From: Trichoplax adhaerens
Lineage: Eukaryota; Animalia; Placozoa
Length of the DNA: 64,000 bases
Direction of reading: 5' to 3'
Assembly (NCBI RefSeq): GCF_000150275.1
Contig: NW_002060943.1
Location: 9,952,209 to 10,016,208, forward strand
In this document: positions 52,115-64,000 of the stretch, piece after piece
How positions within the stretch are numbered: the first letter of the stretch is position 1
How the letters are laid out: each line of letters opens with the position of its first letter
Program-made: the position numbers and the translations under genes
Notes under the pieces: generated by a model
Seen by the model: only the letters and a program-made list of their open reading frames with translations
What the model was told of the DNA's origin: nothing
Database searches by the model: none

Positions 52115-55100
52115 ATGGCCGAAAGTAATATTACTCAATCGGAGCTATTAGATTTGCTTGCCTCCTTCGTTAATCATTCGTACAAGACCAAGGATAACGA
52201 TGTAACGGTAAAATCATAAGAGTAACGATGTAACTTATTATAGATCTGAAATTGCTGCACTATCTATTTTCTCAAACTTAAAAATTTTCGAATCTGTACT
52301 AAGCATATAACGAACGATCAAAATAACCCTCATCTACTCTACGATTACGTAATAATATGTAACAACACTACAACAGTACTCCAGTACAGCATACCAGCTA
52401 TACACTGTGTAATATACAGTACACCGTATAACAGATATCAACACGGATTTTAAATATACATACGGTAGTACAGTGCTAGAGTATTTTTGCAAAGGCAAAC
52501 TGCAAGAAAATATCATCACGGTAAAGAACACATTATACAAGTACAGTATTCGTACAGCGAATAATAAAATTTTGTATTTCGATTCTTACTTGTTTACTTA
52601 AATACGTGTAAATTAACTTGATTCAATGCTATATGATGAAATTAATACGTCAATTTTTAATCTGCGCGCACGTAAATACGAACAATAAATTATTCCTCGA
52701 ATGTCCCTTATAGGCCGGAGTTGCATTAGAGAGGTGCAAGCATCTATGTAAATTAGATTACAGAGTGACGGTAGGAATATTTGATTTTTATTTTGGATGA
52801 TTTATAAGATCATTTATGAACTGTGCGTTATAGGTAATTAAGTGCACTATTTTAATTCAAATAAATCAGATTATCAATAATTTTGGTGGAGAGTTATGCG
52901 GTCACTATCCATCCAGAATCCTATTGCTGCAGTCAAAATGCAGATCCCAAAAAACGTTAGTGAACGTGCGCTATGTGATAAGTATAGTGGTTAAATAGCT
53001 GATCTATTCTATTAAAAGCTGGATGATCCTATATGAATATGTAGAGATAATACCGAGGAGATTAGAGATTTAATGGCTAATGCCAAATTCGCAAGATGTA
53101 GATCACGCTTCGTTGTACCAGTCATACTGTATGACAAGAAGGTAAATTATAGCAATATTTTGTTACCCAATCACGGAATCTCCTTTAGGCAATTTCGATT
53201 TTACTGCTATTAAATTGCAAATTTTATTTCTTTATTATCTAATCTGCTATTGTACATGTACGGTGTTGTGTGGTATACTTTCAGCAAATCTGCCGCAGTT
53301 CTACACTAGCCAGTGCTGCTGAAATGTACGGAAGAACCAGTTGGGATGTTTATCTTGGTAAGAAAAATTTTTACTAGTTTACGAACATGTGCGAGTATAC
53401 GAGCATATACATTACTCTGTATGCAGTACTGTATTATATATATATATATACACGAATTACAACCAGCCTGATCAGGTACTTGTCTCTATGCCTTAACATT
53501 TACAGTTATGCTGGTATTGAGTAATAATAATTAAGCACTATTTACTGTCGTGTCAAATCAAAAAATTTCTCGGCGTCAGTCGAAATATTTGATGAATCCT
53601 TAGAATTTAAACCTGGTTTATAGTATACACACAAGCTATCGTATTCGCGAATAATGATATTCTCCTGTACTGTGAATTTTAGGTGCTTCTACGATGTTAA
53701 ACTATGATACTTTACGAAAAAATTCTGCGGATTCTGCACAATTTATGCAATCCAAACCTACTCGCTTTGCACTTGTATCATGTACAATAATATTAGTCCT
53801 CAATTTTCTTGATATAAAGCCAATAAAATCTTGCGACACCAATGCAATACTGTTCATATATGCTAAGACTCTTGCTTTAATATTACATCCACAATGTGGT
53901 ACAGTACATGTATAGCTAGACTTACAGCACGTAATGCACTTAGCCATGACCTTCTAAGCACCCCTGAACTTTAATAAAACCACTCATTGCATACGAATTC
54001 ATCCAAGGCACATTAATGCAAACCCTTAATTAATGTAACATACTAAATTTGTAACACAGGTGGAGAATACCAAGGTCCAAGCCCACTTCGATCGATGACA
54101 TCATCAGTTCGGTATGTGTTTCATCTTCTTACTCTTAATTAAGTCATAAGATAAATCTTTTGGTCTACCTCACGTATTACCTACCATTCGATCATTTGCA
54201 GTAATGTAAATATTAACTGATTCTGAAAATGATCGATATATGTCTGTAGGAAGTTGTGTTACTAGAAACCAAACGATACTAATTACGTTATAATACTGTG
54301 TAAATTCTATTGAGAAGTTTCAAACTGATAGACTTTTTCTTAACTTTCAATAGATACGTAGTAGACGGATTGTTATAGATACTAAGTTTTCTTCGTTATA
54401 ATTACTACCTACATATAGTGAACCTCTAAATACATACAGTTATCCTCTTACATTATCTGAGGCTATTCCGATGAGCCTTTACAACTAATTACACGTTTTA
54501 TTTTAATTTGTAAAATGTCGTTTTCTCAGTAGTATCGATATCCTACGTACAATAATCTGTATGTCTGTATATCAGTTATGTGCAATATTTTTCACTACCT
54601 AATTTAATGACAAGCTCAAAATGATACTGCATAGATGCATAATTGAACGCCTTCTTTAGGGAGGCTTTCTACACTTCTGTAAGATCTCTACTATTCACCA
54701 GTATCGACGTTGTAATGTTCTACGTACATTAAAGATGTCAGTTTTATTCTATTGATATCGTACAGTAGACTTTTTTCCAAATGTGAGCATTTTATAGTTT
54801 AAAAGTAACCCAACAACACGCTAAACAATACTGACAAATTTTCTATCACTATTATACTAAATCTTATCGTTCATATTTTTTACTCTCCGCGTAAATAATC
54901 AATTGGGTCTACTACTGCACTTCTTTGCGAGTTACCAAGTAGAATTTTTTTTGTAGACAACAAATTTTGATAATTTTACTTATTCTGTGTTTCTTCTTCC
55001 CCCAGAAATGTCCCAAAGTGTTTCAAATTAAACAGTTTAGTTCTACATTCATTACTCTCTGGTACTTCTCTTATTAGTGATTTCCTTGTTTAGTAGGCTC

Positions 55101-57802
55101 TTTACTTCCTTACTAGCGATCAATGTTATACCTATCTTACCAACTGGAAATTCTTTAGTTGATCTAAGACTTACTATTTAGGATATCAGTATTTGGCTAT
55201 GTATAGTAGCACATTATTACGTGTTATTATTACGTGCTGAATACCTATATGTAATCTTTTGATCTTGAGCAACACAAATTTGTGTTCCTGATCATACCTT
55301 TCTTACCACATTTTGCTATATTTATTGGAATTCTTCTTTATTGCCATTACGACAGGAATGGTGATTTCTGTGATCGTATTCGTGGTTTTGATATAAAATT
55401 GTTAGAGAAGCTGTCCGTCAACAGAATATTTGATTTAATGATCGAAAATAAGAAAGTCAAATTTGGGATTCAGTGCGTTGTAATTTCAGATTTTTTAAAT
55501 ATCAACTAATGGTAGCAATACTAATATAAGCCATATAACTCTCAAATAATTAACAGAGTTACTTCTTCGGAAAAAGTGGATAAAGAACATCGCTACGATA
55601 AGTTTTCGATTATTCCATTACCGTACCCTGGATGCGAATTCTTTCGCGAGTACAAAGAGCGAAGCTACAACTCTAAGAACTTATTCTTTGATTGGAATCA
55701 AGTATTTGGAATCCGTTATCCCCCATCAAATATTTCTGAAACTAAAATAGACAATTTCCACTGTTTAATTTAGTCTAACGCTGATGCAATAATGGACATA
55801 CCAAAAGAATTTCTTTCAGCATTTGATATTGATTGGAGCACGTATAAGGTAAAAAACTGCAAAGTAATAATATATTTGTGTTTAAATACTGTTAACTAAT
55901 GACTATCTACGAAATACAGTCCTGGGATCTACTAACTCTAACAAAGAACTACCTGAAATTGATACTTGCCTGTATCGAGCAAGGTAAGTAGGCAATATGG
56001 AAGTACATATCGTTACAACTTGCAATTGTTAGCTTCTAATCAGCGAATTCATTATATTTGTAGTATCTATTAAGACAGTTTCATTTTTTAGATGATTCTG
56101 GAGTTCTAATTCACTGCATATCTGGATGGGATCGAACACCATTGTTTATTTCTCTTGTGAGGCTATCACTTTGGGCCGTAAGTATATCGTTGATTATAGA
56201 ATATTTTCTCTCTAATACACAATAATGTTTTACACCTTTTAGGATGGTAAGATACACCAAAGCCTAAGCTGTCTTGAGATTCTATATATCACGGTTGCAT
56301 ACGATTGGCTCTTATTTGGGTAATTAAATATTAGTTTTATTAATACCCTTGCGTCTTTTTCGATTTCAACTTTACCTTGTACATTTCTTAGAATTTAACC
56401 TTAATTCAAGCCACAGACTAAATATTTATTTTTCTGATTAAATTAACTTTCTATAGGCATCAATTACCTGAAAGGCTTGATAAAGGCGAAGATGTGAGTT
56501 TTTTTCGTCTAATAGAATAAGCTGCAAGTGTGCATTAATCGTTTCTTGAACTAAACTTTTTTGTACATAGATCTTTTATTTCTGCTTCGACTTTTTGCAA
56601 TATATTACCACTGAAGAGTTCTCGAAGCCTTGTGCTGCAAAGTATTTCATAACATATCTAAATGTTAATGGCATACATAGAGAATTGATTGACTAATTAA
56701 AATACAAACCCTTGTAATAGATTACCGCCAGGTTCTCCTATTCGCTCAAATACCGATATCAGATGTGAGCATTAAGTTACATATTATTATAATTGTGTTG
56801 AAGAGGTCATCGTCTTTGTTCCTTACTTATGTGATCTATAACTTACAATAACCGTAAACTCTTTCCAAAAAATCATGAATATCATATGAACTCCTGTTAC
56901 ATCGGTGTAGGTTCTGACGCTAGGTTTGCGAACGATCGAGGTGGTGTCAAGCACTGCGGCTACTCACAAAATTTATTATCCAGGTAGTTATTCCTATACA
57001 ATGATATCAAATACGTATTTAACATTATCGGCTTTTCAATACAAAAAGAAGCCCTAGAATTATTGCAGATCAATTCCGTTTAATTTACGTTCCCCGTTGG
57101 AAAATAAAATTTTAGAGATTTGAAAGGACATGAATCCAGCGATCCTGTTTATATTGCTAGCGGAAGTAACCCCTATAATTGTTATAAAGAGGTTTTACTT
57201 AACGTAGCATCTAAGATTAATTGTCTATCGAAAGTAATATCGTTATTCAGTCTCTTAAAATTTACTTTTACTTTCTTTCACAAATCAGCTGTCATCCTCC
57301 TGTGATAGGTATAGTACTGTTATAACTGCAACAGACTGTAGAATTTTATACTCAATATAAGTGATGTAACTCATAACTACTGCAATAATTCCTGCTTACG
57401 AGGCTCATATTATCTATTAATTACAGTTGGCAATTTATACCGGAGACCAGTAATTTAAGTACCTCGGCAGCAGCCGTGAGCCCACAGCCTTTAAATGAAT
57501 TTGGAGGATTCGTAGCGAATCTGTAAGTATAGTAGTTAGAATCTCTCTAATGTGGCAATTGGCTAATAATTACAATCATTCGAATGTGTACACAAACGCT
57601 CGCTTAAGAATTAACAAATTAATTTGTTTTCATGGATAGGTCTATAAGGAGAGAGCGACTAGATAAAGTCAGGAAATTATTTATAGACGCTTATAAATCT
57701 ACTATTACGTATAGAAGACAATCATCAGTTTCTGGTTACATATTTGATCAATTAAGCTCCAGTGTAGTATCTATTGTAGGAGGAAGAGGAACCTCAGTTT
57801 AA
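52115..57802 (+). CDS. MTMR14: Myotubularin-related protein 14 (Jumpy/EDTP), phosphoinositide 3-phosphatase, multi-exon
   Basis: ELCGHYPSRI; KFARCRSRFVVPVIL; ICRSSTL; DLMIENKKVKFG..VTSSEKVDK; PYPGCEFF; WDLLTLTKNYLKL; catalytic motif LIHCISGWDRTPLFISLVRLSLWADG (about 56110); AYDWLLFGHQL; C-terminal RRERLDKVRKLF; stop at 57802. Confidence 0.95.
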
Positions 57803-59299
57803 TAGAAGGTTATGAAAATATAACGAAGAAGTAATTATCAAATACGGATATTTAATGGTGAACTGTATTTTTCCTTTGAAGCATTCCATCAGTTGGTGTA
57901 CAGAATCAAGATAATATTTAAGCAGGGTTATCATTTTCTTTCACAACGATCAGAATCGTAAATTTAATAGTAGTACAAATATCTGAATTTAGACTATAAA
58001 AGTATCATTTTCTAAAGTTGAATTATTATAACTATTAACCTAACTCGGTATCTTTGTTATCATCAAATTCTTTGAAATTATGCAGTGAAGAAATAATCAT
58101 TTACCATTAACTGTTAGTGAAACGATTTTTATATTATGAAATATTCCCTAAATATACAAAATTATTATAATTTTAATCGAAGTTTTCTCTTTTACGTTAA
58201 TATTATTGCAATAATAATATGTTTCATATTATTATAAACACTTAAGATTGTGGCGATTCATAATTAATGTTATCAAGCTGTCTCCACATTTAATAGTTGA
58301 TGTAATGTAAAATATTAAATTGTTAATAAAGATCAGGAATACCTGTCAAGTATTTTATGAGGGCTAAAATGGATCTTAATTTGAAGGTATGCGTCAATAT
58401 CATATTTCTAGATACAGTGCGCATATACTCGGAATGATATCACGTTGGCGTGGTATTTCAGCTTGAATATTCAATATACGTATTAAATGAAGCCTGTTTT
58501 AGATGTACGTCATTGATATTTCATACTGAACATGTCATGAACAAATTTAATTCCTTTGCTATGTTCAGTTAAGGTTATATATTCTGCTACATATAACTAA
58601 TGTATATAATGTAGACTCTGTTCCCTCTCATTTCGGTTATCGCTCTTAGACTTTAAATGTACTTTGTACTTTCTACATTCTACTCTTTCTATTATATCAC
58701 TGAACTACAAGATGTTGTCTTACGTAAATAGGGTTGTTATTTTCTGTTCAAATATTTAAAAATGAAAAGTTATAACTTAAACTAACGTACAAATACAGTA
58801 CCTGATACCAATATCTAACATTTAAATTGAATTTTTGCTTTGCGTATAATATTCAGGATCTCGGTTGCTCTCTCGATAAATTGTTTCTCATTCCTCAGTG
58901 TACTTTAGTTATCGTGCATCTAAGCTTACTCCTTTAGTCTTAAAGTATTACAACAGCTTACACTGCAACATTTGGTATGAAGAGTATGTTCTGGTACGTT
59001 CATAATATATATATTATTCCGTGTTGAAATGAAATGCAATCCACTTTTAAGGGTGAAACACTAGTGATATTAAATCTCTTTACTCCACACTAATCAACGC
59101 TTGATATACGGGTATTATTTACAAATTCGCTGTGTTAATAGATCCTAAATGAAGCACCGTAATTAGGGCTTGTTATTTCCCGATACTACAATGAAAATTA
59201 CGAGTTAATCGTAAATAATACAGTATTATAGCCATCAAATGCATATCAATAAATAAAGCCTAAACCTGCTGTGTAACCTATAGAACTAATTTTAAAACA

Positions 59300-59313
59300 G
59301 TTGCCATGGTAAC
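59300..59313. promoter_or_regulatory. RFX X-box
   Basis: GTTGCCATGGTAAC is a near-perfect palindromic match to the X-box consensus, about 500 bp upstream of the EF-hand gene ATG. Confidence 0.75.
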
Positions 59314-59819
59314 AGAACATTTGTTAAACTATAGGCCGTATTACCTGCCATACGCTTCGTATATCTTCTAACTTTTTTGTACTACGGTCGGATAGTTCAT
59401 TAAATATAGAGTAACTTTTATTTCACAACATTAAGGTGGAACTTAGATTTATATTATTTACGGTAGTCCAAAATCGATCGGTAATAGTTTATAATTATAA
59501 ATTCTTTTGTGGTGATAATTTAAGGCAACGTTCTTGAAAATTTGGATTCTAATCAATTATACACAAATTGTGAAAAGCGTCCCAAGATGGAAACCCTAGA
59601 ATATGGTATTATGCACCTATATCGTGGCTTACAGGAATCATAGAACCTAGCATACTCGACCCAACTTACACTGCATGGTAATATTTATTACTCGTATTAC
59701 AGAACATCATAACGATTATAATATAATAGTAATCCATATTCTTTTACATCTAGACACAATCTACCTCAGGATACTCACTATAAAATATACTGTATATCCG
59801 TATTAAAACATATAGCGAC

Positions 59820-62157
59820 ATGTCGTACACAAGTTTTAGGCCCCCAAGTAACGAAGATTTGGGATTAAAACGGCTGTACCGCACTCCAATAGACAAATTA
59901 CCAATTTCCGAACAAACTCGTTACTATAAGCAACGAAATATGATAGATTCGAAGCTATTTCGAATTGGTAACGCTATTTGGGGATCTCAATCACGAACTA
60001 GAATACTGAATGCTCCATATGATATTAAAAAGAGTCAGCAGTCTGTAGGCAATATTCCTCCACATGTTACATACGATCAATCAAGAGGACTTAAAAGCGC
60101 TAACAATGAAACTTATCTTACAAATCCAATCACAAAATTAACTTCACCGACCACAAGTTACACATCATGGTTACAAAACAGAATGACTATGAGAACTAAT
60201 TTAAATAACATGGGTCTCAATGAAAGCTGGCTTTCTAGTAAACACAAAACCGAACTTGAGACAAGAGTACTAAGAAAGACAAGGAAACAAAAAATTGCAA
60301 ATACGGAATCATTTCTGATTTCTAGTGAAAAGGTATTCTATCCATGTTATCACAATTTTTAGCTTAGGAGATTATCTGTATTAAAAGTTTGTTATACTAG
60401 ATTTAATCAGAAGGTACGTATTCGTTCTCCTAGACATCCAATCCACCAAGTCTACCAGATGACTCTGAGGCAGATGCTCTGTTTCCGATATTACAACGTA
60501 TTGCCTCGTATCTTCGTCGCACGAAACTCCGACCTTTAGAGTTGTTCGCTTCTGTAGACAAAGATAAGAACTGGCAAATCAGTGCTGATGAAATGAGAAA
60601 TGTCGTAAGAAAATATAAATTTCCAATATTAAATGAAGAAGTTGATTTTCTTTTGAAAGCTTTGGATGTAAATGGGGATGGAGAGATAGATTATAGAGAA
60701 TTCATAAATGGATTGAAACAATTTCAAAACGAAGCTAGAGAACGGAGTAGGTCAACTACTACATCTCTGTTATCACTATTATCAGAAGAAGGTGATAAAA
60801 CTGCAAATGAAATTTTTGAAACCAGTAGCAATCAAGATGGCTCCCAAAAGCTTACATTACCTTCGCCGTCTGATCGTCATATATCTATAATTTTAGATAA
60901 CACTCCAGGTAAGTTAAAATGTACTTAAATATCTAAGGCAAGTTTAAAACTATTCAGAGTTCTTGCCCACTAATTTAGTCGCAACTTAAATTTTTGTCAA
61001 TAAGAATACTCTTGCAGCAAAACAAAATCGGAAAAAACTGATAAAGAAACATGTTTACTTTGTACTGTTGCAGAAGAAAAACAATTGAAAGATAAGCGAT
61101 CAAGAAAGGAAGCAAAGCTCAGAGTTATAGAAGAAGAAAACTATAAGGAATTATATCAAAAAGCTACACGTACAACAATCACTGGAGAAGTTAAAGAAGC
61201 AGTTTACTTAAAAAAGAAACAATTATTGGAAGAGTATAACAAAGCAATAGAATTATGCCGACAAGGAAACGTCTTGTTTTCAAAGGAACTCTTAAAAAGA
61301 GGTTAAGAATATTATTTAATACAACATTGATGTTAAAGTAATGCTGTGGGCTTAACTCTATTTATACGAATAAAAAAATAATAGTAGGCTTCTGTTCTCA
61401 GTATTGCTAGAACCGTTTGATAAACCTGTAGCCACGTGTAAAGGGGATATAAGGCAAGGTGGTACAGATTTAATATCGTATAATCAATTAATGGGAATAA
61501 AGAAGAAGGCTAAGAAAGTCACTAAGCCGAAGTTGTCTGGCATTGAACGTATTTATCCACCAAAACGTTACGTAACCCCGTCAAAAGATTCTATGAAGCT
61601 GTCTACTGGTTTAGCTGAAATTCAGTGTAAGACCGATTGCTGGATGACATTTGAAGAGTTTGAAAAAATTATACGGTAAGGAGCTTACCTCTGTTACAAG
61701 TTATACGCTACTTTATAAAATTATTGAACTTATTTAATTAACTAATACCGTAATCAGTGAAGTATGATACCGTACAACTTTGGTTATCTTAGATGCGATT
61801 AGTAAAATTACTTTGTACTTAAGTTTTCACTAATACTAACTACGTGACACAATCTATTTAATATTTTCGAATAGTGACATTCCCATAAACAAATTTCTTG
61901 TCGATCGGCCACGGCATGATTCATTTTGGCCGGGACAAATTGTTAGCAAAGTGCGTCTTTACCTTGATATAAATAATTTGTCAAAGTCTTCGAATAATGG
62001 TTTGTTTGCCGTCATTAACAATAACTCCAGCATTGGTTCAGGGATAAAATCAAATCATCGGAGACATGATCTGCAGCAACATGAACATGTTACGGGGAAA
62101 AATTTCAGTTATATACAGTATGGTGGATTAGAACTAAGAAAATCTTACGTTTTATGA
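59820..62157 (+). CDS. EFCAB12: EF-hand calcium-binding protein, EFCAB12-like, about 5 coding exons
   Basis: Paired EF hands (DKDKNWQISADE, DVNGDGEIDYRE). The blocks SWLQNRMTMRTNL...WLSSK...ELETRVL, DCWMTFEEF and DSFWPGQIVSKVRLYL resemble EFCAB12 as I recall it. Orthology is not verified. Confidence 0.65.
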
Positions 62158-63709
62158 TAGCACACCTATTATATTAAATTTTCAAAATTAAAAGTCCATA
62201 AAAGCATTTCTTCTTTCATAGAAATATATAACTGATCATTGACTTCTGGAAATTTCTCCTTAAATATCAATAAATTAACTAAGAGGTGTTGCATATATTG
62301 ACTTTAAGTGTTAAATGATACATAATTTCAATTTAATAATTTATTAAAATTTTTAAAATTGTGAATAAATTAAATAAGCAGAGTATCGCGAAATCCTTCA
62401 AAGCGGACTAATTTTAGAGTTCCTAAATCGAATAATAGATATTATGCAAAGAAACCTTGAGACATGTTGGTTGCGTAAGAGCTTTCTTAACCGATTGACA
62501 CAAAATTTTTAGTAGAGTTCCAATAGAAGATTTTAAATATGTAATGTTAGATCCTTTAATCCTCGTAAGGCACAACATTATTTAACCGGTACAGTATTCT
62601 TTATTCTACTGCTTTACTTTTATAACTAGTATACATGGCCAAAAAGTTACAGCAAAATTATTGAGTGTTATTATAGTAGCCTAGTTAAGTACTTACAGCA
62701 TCAATATTGCTTTACTTGCAATGATTCATCACTTAATCATATTCTGTACTTTAATTAAAGTAGCTTTTGACAAAAATTTGATCGTTTGTTCTATTATTTT
62801 TGACTATGTTGACGAAAGTTGAAATTGTATCTTTCAAATATGCCGCAGATAGCAGGCGATATTTTTGTACACTACAGTACTACTTAAGTGCTGAATGTAA
62901 ATTATTGCAAATATTCATAAAATAAAATAAGATTTAGGTGAGATATATATTACTCTCTTCTAAAAATCTGAAAATTACTTTGGTACTACCTATAAATTAA
63001 TATTAAGCAACATAGATTGTTGATATGCTGATCTAAAGATAATCGACCTATAGATTCTTATATTGAACCCAATATCATCAGTATTATCAAAAATAAACCT
63101 CAAATTCATTTATCCTTATTAACAATATTCATTAATTTATTTATTTATTTTAATCAATCACCTTTATAGCGATCAAACTATATACAGATCTTGTTTATGC
63201 TTTATCTCAAAGAGTATGTACATATAATATTGCATATTACCAGTGAAGGAATATATTTATCAAACGACTTCAAATACTACACGTATGTCGTACGCACTTA
63301 TTCTTAATACTAAAAAAACTAAATCATGATAGTTATACAGTTACAGTCTTTGATAATACAGTAGCAGATATTTTTGCAGTTTATGTTACGACTAATGCAA
63401 ACACTCTGCCTTAAATTGATTTTAAGAAAACTTTGGAAATGCTTTTAGTTTGATAATGTAGATAAATTGATATTAAAAGCGAATTAAGCTCTAACATTCG
63501 GGTTACTTTTCTATTTTAACTAAGATACTTCGATCCAAAGAAAAGATATAGAAAATAAAAAAATAACGTCATCGCAATAATCTTTTATGGCTAAGCTAAT
63601 AAAATATCTGAAGAATCTTAATGTCTGGTATAGGAACTTTTTAATTGGTTAAGGGAAATTATTTAAGTTTACAGCTCATAGATATGAGGTACAAGAAACG
63701 TTTACACCA

Positions 63710-64000
63710 CTATGATAAACTCCACATGGAATGACGACCGTGAGAAAAATGACCTTTACCAGGAGCATCTCGACTGACACTGTACTCAGCTAAAGCGTTC
63801 GGGCTTAGCGGCTCCCAACTGCTTGACTTCCATTTAGATGCATTACCAGATTTAGCCTTTATCGGGATTAACGGGCGTGAATTGGTTTCATATTCCATTT
63901 TCGTTACTTTTCTATTTACATCATTTACTACAGCCCTACTAGCCTTGAAGCTTTTATCTAAGAAGTCACTTAATTTGGGGGAAACGAAGACTAATTTTTT
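63710..64000 (-). CDS. 3' end of a gene entering from the right edge, possibly TSGA13-like
   Basis: The frame is open from 64000 to the stop at 63710. The C-terminal WEPLSPNALAEY...APGKGHFSHGRHSMW resembles, from memory, the TSGA13 C-terminal motif WEPLTLxSLLE...APGExxFRxGRAPQW. Confidence 0.5.
   Translation of the reverse strand, partial: KKLVFVSPKLSDFLDKSFKASRAVVNDVNRKVTKMEYETNSRPLIPIKAKSGNASKWKSSSWEPLSPNALAEYSVSRDAPGKGHFSHGRHSMWSLS

Noticed and set aside
59525-59677. Upstream ATG at 59587 as the start of the EF-hand gene
   Set aside because: The frame stops at about 59641, and rescuing it needs an intron of about 28 nt. More likely a 5' UTR exon or uORF.

Overview
AT-rich eukaryotic genomic DNA with compact, intron-rich animal genes. 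Short introns, dense gene packing and a metazoan gene set suggest a non-bilaterian animal, probably a placozoan (Trichoplax-like); this is inference only. Most genes are split into short exons, so the ORF track misses or misreads them, and I assembled them by hand from GT-AG boundaries. In order: CBFB (-, runs off the left edge), BRK1/HSPC300 (-), CTTNBP2-like (+), RPL18A (-), RhoA (+, intronless CDS), MON2 (-), POGLUT1/Rumi (+), a compact ataxin-7 (-), MTMR14 (+), an EFCAB12-like EF-hand gene (+, with an RFX X-box upstream), and the 3' end of a possible TSGA13-like gene (-). Eight genes form four head-to-head pairs. Each of those four shared promoter regions is filled with dense (TACWG)n arrays in which TA-CAG-TA and TA-CTG-TA units alternate in one register. 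This grammar matches Tc1/mariner excision footprints, so the arrays may be accumulated scars of repeated transposon insertion and excision at open promoters (hypothesis). Other observations: a candidate U12-type intron, Helitron-like 3' ends, a possible CARD-like C-terminal domain on the CTTNBP2-like protein, and ancient linkage with the human chr 1/3/7/12 paralogon.
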